DNA of 64,000 nt from Camelus ferus (GCF_009834535.1 NC_045707.1:49664001-49728000); one strand, 5' to 3'; numbered from the stretch's first letter, positions 13,430-26,990 are shown. Numbers and translations: made by a program. Notes: generated by a model from the letters alone, not told the origin.

Positions 13430-13607
13430 ACTGGTCCTACAGCCAGCTGCACATAGAATCACCTGTGGAGCTTGTTAACTGCTGACTCCTGACCCCACCC
13501 CCAGAGTTAGAAAACTGAGGCTAGGTTCAGTACTGTGTATTTTGGACGTATATCCCAGGTGATTCTAATGAAATCTAAATCCAGGGACCAGCATTTGAGA
13601 GCCACTG
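13430..13607. mobile_element. MER5A/B-type hAT MITE
   Basis: TAGAATCACCTGTGGAGCTTGTTAA, CCCCACCCCCAGAG, CCCAGGTGATTCTAATG and terminal TTTGAGAGCCACTG. Confidence 0.8.
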
Positions 13608-15739
13608 ATCTAATACCAATGAGTCAATTCAGGCCCAAAGAGGTTAAAGATCAGTGACTTAATTAGTAACAAAGCATCTGGATGCCTTGCTATGTATGAC
13701 CTAAATAGTAACAGAAAGGAAAGGTTGCAGAGAGAAATATTCTTCCCTGAACATAAACTGTAATCAATTTGAGAGGATGAGAGGGAGGGAAAAGGAGCTA
13801 GGAGGAAGAAAACTTTCTATTGAATATGCTCAGTGCAGGTAGGTATCTGCCTATAAATTGACCAGGAATTTGTGTGGCTTTTGAAAAATCCTGGATGTCA
13901 GAATGTTTCCTTTGATAACTTAGATAACTCAGAACCCAGCTTGAAAACTAAATAGCCACATATGGTGAGACTTTTTAGCAGTTCATATTTTTCCATTATC
14001 TTTTTTAAAGATCAACTCACCAAAAATCACTAAAAATATATTTGCTGTGTGATGTTACAGCTATTCATACAAAACAAACATTGACTTTTTATCTAGCTCT
14101 TTTATCCTTGGTTGGTTTCCCTATCTGAGCTTCTAAAATAGGGAGTTAATAAGAAAATAAATCACACAGCAATATGATATGAACTCTCACACATCCAAGC
14201 AAAGGACTACTGTCTTTTTACTAGGCACCTACTGTGTGCCAAGCACATTTAGTTAAACTGCACAAATCTTGTTAATGAAAGGGGCAAACCTTAGACATTA
14301 ATCTCTATGCTGAGTTTTTTTCCATACCTTATTAACATCTGTAATTCCTGATTCACTATGTTCTTGTCCCAGAGAAGTAAAAAATACATTCTGCATCAGA
14401 TTTTTTAAAGTTGTTATTGTATAATTTATGGGGAGACATTACAGATCTAAAATCACCTCCTTGGTATTTTAGTCCTTGAGTGACAATCTAAATTGTGGAC
14501 TTGTTCTTTTTAAATAGCCACTGATTACAGGATTGAAAAGGCTTTGTTGTATCGGAGTGGTCTAATTTTTTGAAATTTCTGTGTGGGTCACTGTATTCTC
14601 CCATATGGTAAAACCTTTCTCAGAGGGTTGTGCTGAAATTATAATGGAAGCTGCAACAGAAGTCTTCAGTTGCCAGTTTCTCTCTGGGTCCAAGAGCTAC
14701 CTGGGAAATGTCCCTCTTGAAAATCAGTCTGGTTTGGAATAAGACAAGAAGAAAGCCAAAGACACAGTGGTTGTAACCATGAAAGTACGAAATGAAGACT
14801 GGATATGTATTGTCTTATCAGACTATTGCCTCTACCCAATTCAAAGAAGCAGCATATTCCAACTAAAATTTAGAAGAATTGCATGGGAACAATTGTGTCA
14901 TCATTGAGATAGAATTATTATTTCTGATTATTAGTTTTATTATCATCACCATATTCATAAAACATCAGAGTTCTAGAGAGGCTTTCCAAAGCATATTCCT
15001 TTGCAACATCAAGAGTCATGTTGGATTAACACCAGATTCTATAGACTTTGAACTTATTCCCAATAGGCTGTTTTTACTGGAACTAAAGACAATAAGCTGC
15101 CTAAGTGTACTGTGAAATATCCATTGATATGCATCCCCTGGGCCCTCCCCAACTTTTTCTCATTAGTCGTCTCTAGATCCCTGTGAAGCAGGAGCAGAGG
15201 TGGTATCTTCAGTCATCAGATTAAAAAACCGAAAAGCAAAAAATGAAAGGTGGCAAGTTTGTCCACTGAAGTCACATGATACCCCAAAACAGAGAAACCT
15301 CAGTTCTTGACATATGACCACAATGAGAATTCAGTCCAGACCCAATCGTGTAGAGAACAGAGTATAAAGATGAGGTGGGGAGAAGGAGGAAATACAGATG
15401 TCCCCTGCCCTTCCCCTCTGCCTTTCCTGTTCATTCCATGTTCCCCAGAAGAGCAGTAAGGGAATTCTGAAGAGCCAAAGCAGAACGAGGGAACTGTGGG
15501 GAAGGAGGTTGTATTTCCTGGCTGAATGTAGTATTAGGCTAACAAAATAGGCTATGTCTTCTGCTAAATTAGCATGTAACCTCCAATGACCATCTAGATA
15601 TAATGGTATCTCTAAGCATAAAACTCAAGTGGGCTGTTTATAAGGGCTCACTTTTCCATCTTCAGCTATTTTCTCTGTGTATCCCCATTCTTAGGAGTGT
15701 ATCCACTTCTTATCCAGTGCTTAAATTCTCATCTCTATC

Positions 15740-16680
15740 ATAATGAGCACAAATACTCTATCTCCAACACTTAATTTTTCAGCCAAGCTTTAGTTCCATA
15801 TTTATTTCTAGAAAATAGAATGCAACAGGACATTTCTGCTGAAACATTCTGCTTTAATCCCAAGTGTCTAAAAATCAGATCAAGGCACACTCCCACCTGA
15901 GTAAGCTCTCTTTATGTGCAGCTCCTGTCTCCCCCACCACATTTCCCCAGATTACTCAAAAGATTAAACCTTAGACTCATCTTCTAGTCTTTACTCTATC
16001 CCAACCCTAGTAATCAATTACCAAGTTCTGGTATCTCTTCTGGTCTCTAGTGTTTATCCCCACCTTGTCATTTCTTCAAATCCAGCTCTTTATCGTAATA
16101 TAGAACTGCAGTTTCCAACAAATTTTCAGTAGTGAACTTTCTGATATACTAAACCCTAAAATAAACTCTCTGATATACCAGAGCTAAGTTAATCTTTATA
16201 AAACCTCTAATATCATGCCATTTACTTGCTTAAAAATCTACATTCTTTCATTGTGTCTTTTCTAATCAAGTTCAAACTCCTCAGCCCAGGATTTGGGATC
16301 TTCTGTTACCTGACCTCACCTTGCCTGTCCAACTGTATAAAACCCCATTAGAACATAATTTCTGAATCTGTATCTTTTGTTTTGATCAAAGAGTTCCCCT
16401 GACTGCTTCCTTCTCTCTTCAAAGCATACCAAGTGTGCTTATTCTAGGCTTAGCACTTACCCATGAACTCCTGCCTGGAATCCTTGACCTTCCGTTACCT
16501 AAGTGCTATGACAGCTTTTCAGTGAAACCTTCCCTGATAAAGTCTCTACAGAATAGTATGTACTTCTCTAAATGTCTACAGCATTTGTGAATCTGGTTAC
16601 AGAATATCATGTGTTGTTTTTTTAGCTGCCTTATTTTATAAACTTGCCTCCTCCTGGATTGCAAGCAGTTGAAGGACCTT
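15740..16680 (+). mobile_element. L2 fragments (ORF2 3' part to 3' UTR)
   Basis: ATCAATTACCAAGTTCTG, CATGCCATTTACTTGCTTAAAAATC, TCAAGTTCAAACTCCTCAGCC and CAGTGAAACCTTCCCTGA in L2 order. Confidence 0.65.
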
Positions 16681-17242
16681 GACAACTAGAAGTGGTTTCA
16701 TTTGCTTATTGTTTCTTTAGTAAAAGTCAGAGAACAAAACAGTTGCAAAGCTATACATTATAGTTGATGTTGTCCTAATTATAATTTAAAATCTCTTTAA
16801 GTGTTAAGGAGCTTAAGAAGTCTTTAACCTCACTTTTGATTGTGATATTTCGTTGACCCCACATAAGGGCTGAGGTCATTTGCTTAGAGAAGCACGTTGA
16901 GACAGAGTCACAGATTCTCCGCTACAAATGTCAGTTTCATTCTGTTCTTTTTTTGTTCAGTTCCTTACCCCCTTGTTGGCTCAATGGATGTTACCCCTTT
17001 GCTGGCTCAGTGGGTGTTTCATTATCATGTGAGAGAGAATGCTGTTGCTGCTCTTGCGCATTTGCAATTTTATCACTGCTTTTCTAAAAACAAAAGAAAG
17101 CCATGCTAGGTCAGTAGCATTTTCTCGTATTTGAAAGTGAGTACATAAAATAACAGAAGATATTTAGCCTAGGAAAGATTGCGGAAAGAATAAGTGTTTA
17201 ATTCTTATGACTGACAAAGGAGAAAGGTTGGTGTGACGTATC

Positions 17243-17570
17243 TGTCCTAGGTGGGGTTCTCAGCAACAGTCCCTGAGACGAGGATTTACATGCAAGTGAC
17301 ATGTTAGGGAAGGGCTCCAGCAGAGACAGGGAGCAGAGCAAGCAGGACCTGGAGAGGCAGTCAAGCAGGGCATGACTTTAGGCGAGGTCTCAGCCTTAGT
17401 CTGGTCCCAGAAGGGGCTCTGGAGGCAGATTACTCATTTACCACTCAGTCACTGGCTGCAGCCTCATCTAGTGGGTCACCTCCCAAGCACTTCCAGTCCT
17501 CTGTGTGCCACAAAGCTCCTCCAGGAGCCCAAGGGCAGCCTAAGGCAAGCGGATGGCCAGAGCTGGTAAC
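17243..17570 (-). mobile_element. ERVL-class LTR remnant (LTR16/LTR33-like)
   Basis: TGTCCTAGGTGGGGTTCTCAGCAACAGTCCCTGAGACGAGGATTTACATGCAAGTGA resembles the antisense 3' end of this LTR group. Confidence 0.6.
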
Positions 17571-18344
17571 CAGGCTCCAAGGAGATCAGGGTGGAGCGCA
17601 GACAATATTTTTACCAGGGTGTTCCCAGTTCTGTAACAGAAAGAATATAAACGCTCACTTATTTCAAATGCTTCTATATGCAAAGAAAAACACTTAACAG
17701 ATATAAGGCCAATTATTAACAGTAGGCAGTAAGATTGGAGAAAGGAAACTTTCACATACTACTTTCCACACTTCTATGGTGTTAGACTTTTTACAATAGG
17801 CATCACTTGCAATACTTCTGTAAGGAAAAAAAATCTGCTAGCAGAACAAGTTTTACTACCAAAAACTCAATTATGTATTTTGTTTCATTTAATCACATAT
17901 TCCTGTTGTTTTTGTTGCAATAACTAGGACAGTAACACCATCTGAATAAAAATTAATAAAATAAAATTAATAACCTAGACTGTTAAAATGCTGAAGTCCA
18001 TTCAGTAATTAACAGATTGCATTCTTACCAAGTATAAATGATATTCATGGTATACTCAGAAAGAAATAAGCCTTGTTAAGGTTTAAATCTAGAAGGGGAG
18101 TTAACTGGTTTTGCAGTCTGCAGGTTCTGATTGTAAGATACGATCCACCCATTCTATATGTCATCATCTATATCAAAAAAACATTGCAGGAAAATTTTTT
18201 AAATTGCCTTTAGAAATGTTTTTTAAAAGTACTTTGGAATTTTAGATGAAAGGTAAGGTCACATTTGGTTAAAGCCTTGCCTGCTTTGGATATAATTGGA
18301 TAATAGCAATTGGTCAGGCTTGTGCATTAAGAGGAGTAATCTAT

Positions 18345-18791
18345 AGCCATAAAAAATGAAATAATGCTATTTGCAGCAATGTGGATGTACCCAGAGATTA
18401 TAATACTAAGTGAAGTAAGTCAGAAAGAGAAAGACAAATATCATATGATATCACTTATATGTAGAATCTAAAATATTATACAAATGTAATTATGTGCAAA
18501 ACAGAAACAGACTCACAGACACAGAAAAGAAACGTATGGTTACCAAAGGGGAAAAGGGACGGAGGAGGGATAAATTAGGAGTTTGGGATCAGCAGATATA
18601 AACTACTACATATAAAATAAACAAGGTCCTACTGTATAGCACAGGGAACTACTTTCAGCATCCTGTAATAAACTAGAATGGAAAAGGGTATGAAAAAGAA
18701 TACATACGTATATGTATATGTATAACTGAATCACTTTGCTATAAACCAGAAACTAACACAACATTGTAAATCAACAGTACTTCAATGAAAA
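18345..18791 (+). mobile_element. 5'-truncated L1 3' end, cetartiodactyl-type, inserted in an L2
   Basis: AGCCATAAAAAATGAAATAATGCTATTTGCAGCAATGTGGATG ... GGGATAAATTAGGAGTTTGGGATCAGCAGATATAAACTACTA ... ACAACATTGTAAATCAACAGTACTTCAA. Confidence 0.92.
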
Positions 18792-18799
18792 GAGACAAA

Positions 18800-19500
18800 T
18801 AGTCTAGCAGCTATATATAGTGTAAATTAGAGGAGCAAAGAATGGTAGCAGGAAGGTCCATTAGAATTGTCCTAGAATAAACCAGGAAAAAGGCAGCAAA
18901 GGGGATAAATAATGGTAAAGAAGGAAGCATTTGTCCAGTCTTTCCCATAGGATCTGGCCTGTGGTAACCAAATAGTACAGGAAGACAGTGATGATTTTAA
19001 TAATTAGGAAACATACAGGAATTACTGTGGAGATGAAAACTAGTAGAAACTACAGGGATAGAAGGGCTGAAGGAGAGAGTGTGGTCAAAGATGACTGAGA
19101 ACGATAGTGACTGATTTAGCAACAGTGTTGAATTAGTAAGAAAATGCTGAATTTTAAATAGAGGTGGATATAGACATAAGGATATTCAGCAGGCAGTGGA
19201 AATAAGTGCCTTGAACTTTTGAAGCAGCCAGAAACAAATTTGAGCCATCACTAGTGGGGCGATGGTAGAAGCTGAAAGAGGAGATAAAGAGAGCAAAGGG
19301 TAACAAACTAGAGAGAAAGAACAGGGATGGGAACCATGGGCGTGGCCAGATCTGGAGAGAAAGATCCTGAAAGAGGCAGGGAGGAGAGGGAGATGGGCTT
19401 AAGAACGTGAAGTGTCACTGAAAACAAGACAGGAGGCCAATCCTGGGAAATGTCAGGAAGATAGAGGCAGAATACTCTGTTGATTGTCACTGTTAGAAAA
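18800..19500 (-). mobile_element. L2 fragments
   Basis: Purine-rich antisense L2 motifs GATATTCAGCAGGCAGTGGAAATAAG, GGTCAAAGATGACTGAG and GTGTCACTGAAAACAAG. Confidence 0.6.
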
Positions 19501-20261
19501 CTGAAAGTTATAAAACAACCTTATTTCCATCAATTTTCACAGCTCAACAATCAGAGTCCCAGAAGAAATCAAAAGTATTTTTTATTCTATATAACCAAGA
19601 ATTTATATAGCTAAAAAAAAAAGTATTGCATTTTATCTGGCTAAAGTTTCCCCAGAGAATACAACTCTGTACTTATTCCATATTTATTTAAATTACTCCT
19701 TTTATCCTCAATGACAAAAAAAAAAAAAAAATCTGCAATCTTCAGACCACCCAGGGAAGAAATTAGACCTGTTCTCTTGAGTCATGAAAGATTTCATGGA
19801 CTTCAAGTATAATCCATGGTAAACCCCCCCAAAATAAAGCAAGCAGTCATGATTTGGTTCAGGTAACCAAGCAGACATTGAAAACACAACTGAGGTGAGC
19901 AGATACAAGAAGTTAGGGGAGGATGCAGGTGGTGTGTACCAGTTCACAAGCCATGGTTAGGTATAGGAGAGAACACAGCCTTGAGAAAGAAGGAAGAGTT
20001 TCGCAGGTGAGAGCACACATGCCTAGTCCAGCACCTGAATGACCTTCATGGCCTTGGGACCATGGCCCCTGTGTTCTCACTTGCTCTACTCCCAGCACAA
20101 GGGCTTACTTACTTCCCTATAGTCTCGACCTGCATTGTTCTAAATTTCAGGAGCCTTTAAATTTAAGTATTCAATTTATGAATTGTCCTCAGATTACTAA
20201 TATTTGTTCCTGTTTCATGCTTTTTCAGAGCAGCTCATACCCTGATCCAAAATGTGTTTAT

Positions 20262-20297
20262 ACACACACACGTGCACACACACACACACACACACAC
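20262..20297. repeat. Interrupted (CA)n microsatellite
   Basis: ACACACACACGTGCACACACA... seen directly. Confidence 0.95.
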
Positions 20298-21274
20298 GTA
20301 TTTTAAAGGTTGTGCTATTAACTATTTTCAGAAATCCGATTAAACCTTAGACCCTATATTTAAAATTTAATTTTTTAACCGTCACCATTAGATTGTTCCT
20401 TGGTATAAAATGACCCAGATTTTCAACATGAAATATATTTGTTATCCTGGCTATTTGCAATTTGGGAAACCATTTTCACTGCTCAGTGACTTGTATCATA
20501 TAGGTGGCATTTGTATTATTTTAAACATCTACACACATTCCTGTTATGATTACAGTGATTAAAATAAATATACTTCCTAAATGTTTGCAGGAACTTAATA
20601 ACATTGTTCCAGAAACAACTGTCCACGCCTCTGGACTCTGTGTCTATGCCTTATGGAATGGGCTACACTATACCTGAGAGTTGAATTGTGCCAGCCATTT
20701 GGCTGAGATTTTGGATGGATGGAGTGATCCTTAAAGATGATCAGTCACTTCATCCTACTCATTTCACTCTATGGAGTCAATGCATTCTCTTTGGCATTCA
20801 GTGTTATCAAGGAATCAGAACCAATAGCTTTATACAATGTATTCCTTTCTTTTAAGAATAAAGTGGGAGGAAAAATTGGATTTTCCCATGTTATTGTCCT
20901 AAAATAAATAAAATTAATTCTGTGTAGATCTGAGCATGTGTAATAGGAATAACAATCATAAAATTATTCAAATTATTGATTGCTTTGGCAGGGACCATTT
21001 ATTAATTTTTATGGGGTATATTGATATGTCACTGACTTGTGGTCAAACCTTTGTAATTTGACTCCATCAGGAAGGTTCTTTGTGGGAGATAAGGTGAGGA
21101 ATACAGTGGAGTATAAGAATCTACCCAAAGAGTTAAGACTTTAAAAACTTTAGTTGATCAATTTCCTGTAGTAACGTGATTGGAGTAAACAGCAAGTATC
21201 TACTAATTTTCTTCCCTTAGTCACTAATAGCTTCATACTCTCATCAGCACATGTTTCCACCTACAACAGAGGTC

Positions 21275-22760
21275 AATAAAGGGTTGATGGAACATTGTAG
21301 ATTGAATGCACATATCTGTCACTACCCCTACCCAAACCCATCTAGAATGACAGTAAAGAAATTTATTTGAGTTAAAAACAAAAACAAACAACAACAACAA
21401 CAACAAAATACAAGGACAAAGAGAAAGGAAGTGAAGACAATAGTTGATAGGGCTTATCAGCAAAATTTTGGAAAATGGAGAGAGAATAGATATGAGTTAG
21501 CTGACACTGCTGATCAAAGAAAAGTGGAAATAAAAGCGCTTATGGAGGAGAATAGCAATGAATAGGTCAAACCCCAGAAAAGCTCAGGAAAGGAGGTGTC
21601 AGTTACCACTCAGGAATCAGCAAGCTGAGAGTGAGGATGGGGTAAGATACTGAATCCAAGGGAATTCAGGGGAATTCCATATTAGGAAAGATGAGATTTT
21701 CTAACCCCCTTCCTTTATCACCTCCCAGTTTGCTGGCAGCCAGGATTACACTGCCAGAATATCTCCTTTTAGCTCCAGAATATAAGAATGGAATATTCCT
21801 CTCTGGAAAGAATAAATAGACAAAGAGAGGGAAGGAAACCTAAGGACACTGATTGATACAGATCAAATATCCTTCAGCAGAGCGTCCCCATTTAACAAAC
21901 ACAACTCCCCCAAAACACACACACCAACCAACACACAATCACAGAGCCTCTGGTCAGCTTTTTATAGTGCCCCACTCTAAGATAAGAATACACATTCAAT
22001 GCATAAACCTCTAGCATGGAACAGAGAAACCAAAACAGACAAGGTGGGGGGAAGGACCTGGAAGAAACAGAGATAATACAGGGAATGTGAGGTGAAACTA
22101 AAATAAGCAGATGTAAATCTGTCCTTAATATTCCCAGAGAGATATTCCATCCATAAATTAAAAGCAGATGGATGTTTTAATGAAGCATTAATTGTTATAA
22201 ACAGCTCTTGGAAACTGAAAATATAATTTAAAAAATATTTTAAAGTCAGTAGATGTTTAGAAGTCACATTGAGGAAACGTAGGAAATAAAATAAATATCA
22301 AAGAGCAGGGAAACAGGAAAATGAGGACACGATTAGTATGGTAGTCCAGGGGATCTGACATTCAAAGAGTAGAAGTTCAAGAAAAAAAATAGAGAAAATA
22401 GAAGGGAAGAGATTATCAGAAAAATTATAAAAGAACATTTCTCACATCTAAAGGAAATGAGTTTCTTGGTTAAAAGAATCTACCATTTATCTCCAGCAAA
22501 ATGAATGAAAAATACCCACACCAGGATGTATCAGTGTGATGTTTTGGATCACCAGGGATAAAGACGTTAAAAGCTTTCAGAGGGGAAAGAAAAATCAGAT
22601 CATATACAAAGAATCAGAAATCAAAATGGCATCATACTTTTCAGCTGTATCTCTAAAAGGGAGAAGACTTTGGAGCAATGCGTTCAGAGCTTTGAGAGGG
22701 AACTGTCCAACCTGGAATCCGATAGTCAGAGAAACTGTTGATCAAGTGGGAGGGGTGAAT
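21275..22760 (+). mobile_element. HAL1-type (L1 ORF1-only) element, 5' region plus disrupted ORF1
   Basis: ORF 22536..22829 reads NQIIYKESEIKMASYFSAVSLKGRRLWSNAFRALRGN, resembling the ORF1p C-terminal motif QVTYKG.IR..SDFS..TL.ARRQWSNAFK.L; upstream DNA matches the ORF1 RRM region with frameshifts. Confidence 0.8.
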
Positions 22761-22869
22761 GAAGACATGGAAGAGGATGAGGACTCCATTCCAGGCAGAG
22801 GGAGCGAGAGAGTAAAGCCTGAGGTGTGACTCATCATCGTGGCTTCTGACGGATTCAATACCTGGAAAG

Positions 22870-23300
22870 GGAAGACAGAGTCTTACCAGGTGAGGCCTTT
22901 AGCTGAGGAGTTGTTCATTTTCCTGCTAGTCCAGGGAGTCGCCGAGGACTTCAAGAAAGAAAGTGATGTAATCTGATTTCTATTTGGAAAGTCTCAGCTG
23001 GGTAAGAGAGGATGGAGGAGTGTTGGTGGCAGAGAAAACATGTATTCAGAAAAGAGTTGACGGGGGCCTGACCTAAGGCAAGAGCAATGAGGAAAGAGAC
23101 AGAAGGACTGACTTCCAGGCAGTTTCAGAGGAAGGGCACTGTTAGGTGTCTGTTTGGAGTGGACATTCAATGAAAGTGTCCAGGATGATTCCCAGGTTTG
23201 CAGCTGGGGTGACTAGATGAACGATGATGTCTTTCCCTAGCAAGAGGGAAGGATCTAGGGAGAAGTAGAGCTCCGTTTGGGACATGCTGAGTTTGCGTTA
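22870..23300 (-). mobile_element. L2 fragment
   Basis: GTCCAGGATGATTCCCAGGTTTGCAGCTGGGGTGACTAGATG and GAGCTCCGTTTGGGACATGCTGAGTTTG. Confidence 0.75.
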
Positions 23301-23389
23301 CCCTGCACTCCACTTCCTCATTCACCCTTGTGCTTCTACATTGTTCTATATTCTACTTGGAATTCCCCCTAACCCTTCCCTGTTTTACC

Positions 23390-25604
23390 CAGGCACGCCT
23401 CAGAGGTTCAGTTCCAGACCACTGCAATAAAGCGAGTATCACAATAAAGCAAGTCACAGGAAATCTTTGGTTTTCCAGTGTCTATAAAAGTTACATTTAC
23501 ACTATACTACCATCTTTTTAAGTGTGCAGTAAGTAGCATTATGTCTTAAAAACAATGCACATACTTTAATTACAAAATGCTTTACTGCTGAAAAGTGCTG
23601 ACCACCATCTGAGCCTTCAGTGAGTTGTAAGCACTTTGCTGGTAGGGTCTTGGCTCCATGTTGATGGCTGCTGACTGATCATGGTGGTGGTTGCCGAAGG
23701 TTGGGGTGGCTGCAGCAATTTCTTAAAATAGGATAACCAGTGACATCTGCCATATTGATTGACTCTCCCTTTCATGAACGATTTCTCTGTATCATGCGAT
23801 GCTATTTGATAACATTTTACCCACAGTAGAACTTCTTTCAGAATTAGAATCAACCCTCTAAAATGCTGCTGCTGCTTTATCAATAAGTTTATGTCATATT
23901 CCAAATCCTGTGTCGTTTCAGCAGTCTTCACAGCATCTTCACCACGACTAGATTCCATTCCAAGAAATCACTTTCTTTGCTCATTCATAAGAAACAACTC
24001 CTCATCTGTTAAAGTTTCATCATGAGATTGCAGCAATTCAGTCCCATCTTCAGACTCCACTTCTAATTCTGGTTCTCTTGCTATTTCCACCACATCTGGA
24101 GTTACTTCCTCTACTGAAGTCTTGAACCTCTCAGTCATCTGTGAGGGGTGGAATCAACTTCTTTCAAAACTCCTGTTAATATTGATATTTCCAATGGATC
24201 ACAAGCATTCTTTATGGCATCTAGAAAAGGATAGTTGTGGGTGAATAGGGTAGGATAGGTAAAAAATAGTGAATCCTTTTGAGGTTTTCAATTTACTTTG
24301 CCCAGATCCATCAGAGAAATCACTGTCTATGACAGCTATAGCCTTACAAAATGTATTTTTTAAGTAATAAAATTTAAGGTCAGAATTACTCCTTAATCTG
24401 TGAGCCGCAGGATGGATGTTGTGTTAGCAGCAGGAAAACAACGTTAATCTCATTGTGCGTCTCCATCAGAGCTCTTAGGTGATCAGGTGCATGTCAATGA
24501 GCAGTAATGTTTTGAAAGGAATCTTTTTTTTCTGAACAGTAGATCTCAGCAGTGGGTTTGAAATGTTCAGTCAACCATGTTGTAAACAGCTGTGAAAGTC
24601 CGAGAAGTCATCTTCTTCCAATATAAGGCTGTTTTGTCCTACATTGAAAATGTGTATTTAGTATCATCACCTTCATGAATGATCTTGGCTTGATCTGGAG
24701 AACATTCTGCGGTTTCTGCATCAGTGTTTGCTATTCACCTTGCACTTCTATGTTATGGAGATGGCGTCTCTCCGTAATCCTCATGAAGCAACCTCTGCTG
24801 GCTTCAGACTTTTCTTCTGTAGCTTCCTCACCTGTCTCAGCCTCCATAGAACTGAAGAAGTCTAGGGCCTTGCTCTGGATTAGGCTTTGGTTTACGGGAA
24901 GGTTGTGGATGGTTTGATCTTCTATCTAGACCATTACAACTTTCTCCATGTCAGCAACGTTGTTTTGCTTTCTTATCATCCATGTGTTCACTGGAGTAGC
25001 ACTTTTAATTTCCTTCAAGAACTTTTCCTTTGCATCCACAGCTTGGTTAACTGTTTGGCATAAGAAGCCTAGCTTTCGGCTTATCTCAGCTTTTGACATA
25101 CCTTCCTCACTAAGCTTAATCATTCCTAACTTGATTTAAAGTGAGAGACGTGCGACCCCTCCTGTCACTTGAACACTGAGAGGCCATTGTGGAGTTATTA
25201 CCTGGCCTAACGTCGGTATTGTCATGTCTCGGGGAATAGGGAGGCCTGAGGAGAGGGACAGAGATGGAGGAACGGCCGGCTGGTGAAGTGTCAGAACACA
25301 CACAACATTAGATTAGGTTTATCACCTTATATGGGTGAAGTTCATGGTGCCCCAAAACAATGACAATAATAACACCCAAGATCACTGATCCAGATCACCA
25401 TAACAAATGTCGTAATAATGAAGAAGTCTGAAATACTGCAAGAATCACCAAGATGTGACACACAGACGTGAAGTGAGCAAGGGCTGTTGGAAAAGTGGTG
25501 CTGCTGGACTTGCTCAACACAGTGCTGCCACAAACCAGTTTGTAAAAAACATGACTATCTGTGAGGCACAATAAAGCAGAGCACGATAAAACCAGGTATG
25601 TGTG
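23390..25604 (-). mobile_element. Tigger1 (TcMar-Tigger) DNA transposon, both ends present, internally deleted
   Basis: Left end CAGGCACGCCTCAGAGGTTCAGTTCCAGACCACTGCAATAAAGCGAG; right end GCACAATAAAGCAGAGCACGATAAAACCAGGTATGTGTG (degenerate TIRs); transposase peptides on the minus strand. Confidence 0.95.
23617..25123 (-). pseudogene. Disrupted Tigger1 (pogo-family, TIGD1-like) transposase
   Basis: [54 protein letters not shown] (N-terminal HTH region) and LSYFKKLLQPPQPSATTTMISQQPSTWSQDP (C-terminus), separated by stops, frameshifts and a deletion. Confidence 0.9.
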
Positions 25605-25659
25605 CACTAATCAAAGCTTGGGCCAACATAAGGAAAAATCATTCACATCTTACCTGTTT

Positions 25660-25970
25660 GTGACCTCCCTCCCAACCTGTCTACCTACATAGCTTTACAT
25701 AGTTACATACTTTTATGCTCTGCTTCTTTCACTTAAAATACTTTAAGCATGCTTCTCTTCTTTTCCATAGTCTTTATAATTATCACTTTTCTGACTGTAT
25801 ACTATTAAACAGGTGGTTCTTCCTTATTTTACTGGTCCTTTCCACTATTGTTGAACAATTAGGCAGTTTCCAACTTTGTCACTATTTTGCTGAATAATGC
25901 TATAATGAGAATCTTTGTGCCCATGTCTTTTTTCATTTTTTTCCTGCAATTTGTCCTTGTGGATTAGGAA
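25660..25970 (-). mobile_element. L1ME-type 3' UTR fragment
   Basis: TCCACTATTGTTGAACAATTAGGCAGTTTCCAACTTTGTCACTATT ... AATAATGCTATAATGAGAATCTTTGTGC. Confidence 0.7.
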
Positions 25971-26509
25971 ACAATGATTTTTCTTTAGCCCCAATGTAGT
26001 ACGATGACTCAAGAATATGAGAAAGTTTTATGGCTGCATTTTGTTCTGCATAGGCTCGGGAACATTTTTTTTTTTTCGTGCCAAGTCTCTGTCCCTCCTG
26101 GGTTTCTCTCTGCTCACTGCCGATGTCACCACATAATAGATGATAGTACTGCCTTCTGTGGGCCCAGGACCTTACTCCAGGCTCCTCTGTCCACCTCTGC
26201 CCCTGGGCCCTGCATCCTCCCAGCCCTTAGCCTTTCACACCAGTGGCACAGCTGAGCATCTGCCTGGCTTTGGTTCTAGCGTTTACCATTTGGGTTGGAG
26301 GGTGCCCACAGCTCTATAGAGCACTGCAGTTGCAGGCAGCTTGTCAGTAATCCCAGTCTGAGCCCATGGCCAAGATACCCTACGCAGCTCAAGCCCAGCC
26401 GCCTGGAACTCAGTAAGTTTAAGAGGAGGACTCAGACATAATGAGAACAGTAAGACCGGCTCAGAACTTTAGAGCTTCTTACTTAAACTGCCCTTCCAGC
26501 ATTTCCCTC

Positions 26510-26680
26510 ACCGCAGTGGTTAAGATCGTGGGCTCTGCAGTCCGCTTTGAAGTTGTATCCCCTCGGGCAAGTTTGCTTAGCCTCTGTGGGCCTCAGTTTC
26601 CTCACCTCTAAGTTGGGGCTCTGTGTGTGAGTGCTTAGGACAATGCCTGGCACAGGGGCAGTCTTCATAGGCACTTACTC
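26510..26680 (+). mobile_element. MIR
   Basis: GCAGTGGTTAAGATCGTGGGCTCTGCAGTC, CTCTGTGGGCCTCAGTTTCCTCACCTCTAA and GTGCTTAGGACAATGCCTGGCACA. Confidence 0.85.
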
Positions 26681-26779
26681 TGATTAGTCCCTTCACAAAC
26701 CTGGGGAAATAAATATGATTGACAAGACACCATAAAAAAAGCATAATTCTCACTAGAAAAATAATAACTAAAGATGTAA

Positions 26780-26990
26780 AGCACTTGTATGAGCGGCATT
26801 GATCTCAGGACTCTACACACGTCTGTTAAACTTCTCAACGTCACCTGAAGCAGGTGCTATGACCCCCATTTAAAGATGAGTAATGGGAGGCACAAGGGTG
26901 GTAACGCCCCCTGGGATCTCGCACTGGGGTCAGGATGCAGGGATTCGGACTTAGGAGTATGGTTCCAAGGATACAGTCCTAACTGCTAGA
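26780..26990 (-). mobile_element. MIR
   Basis: CCTGAAGCAGGTGCTATGACCCCCATTTAAAGATGAGTAATGGGAGGCACA is the antisense MIR core. Confidence 0.7.

Noticed and set aside
22536..22829. L1TD1-like domesticated ORF1 gene
   Set aside because: Only a short frameshifted ORF1p C-terminal remnant within a decayed HAL1-type element
23617..25123. Domesticated TIGD1-like gene
   Set aside because: The frame is broken by stops, frameshifts, a deletion and an insertion, and the TIRs are retained, so it is an ordinary dead Tigger1
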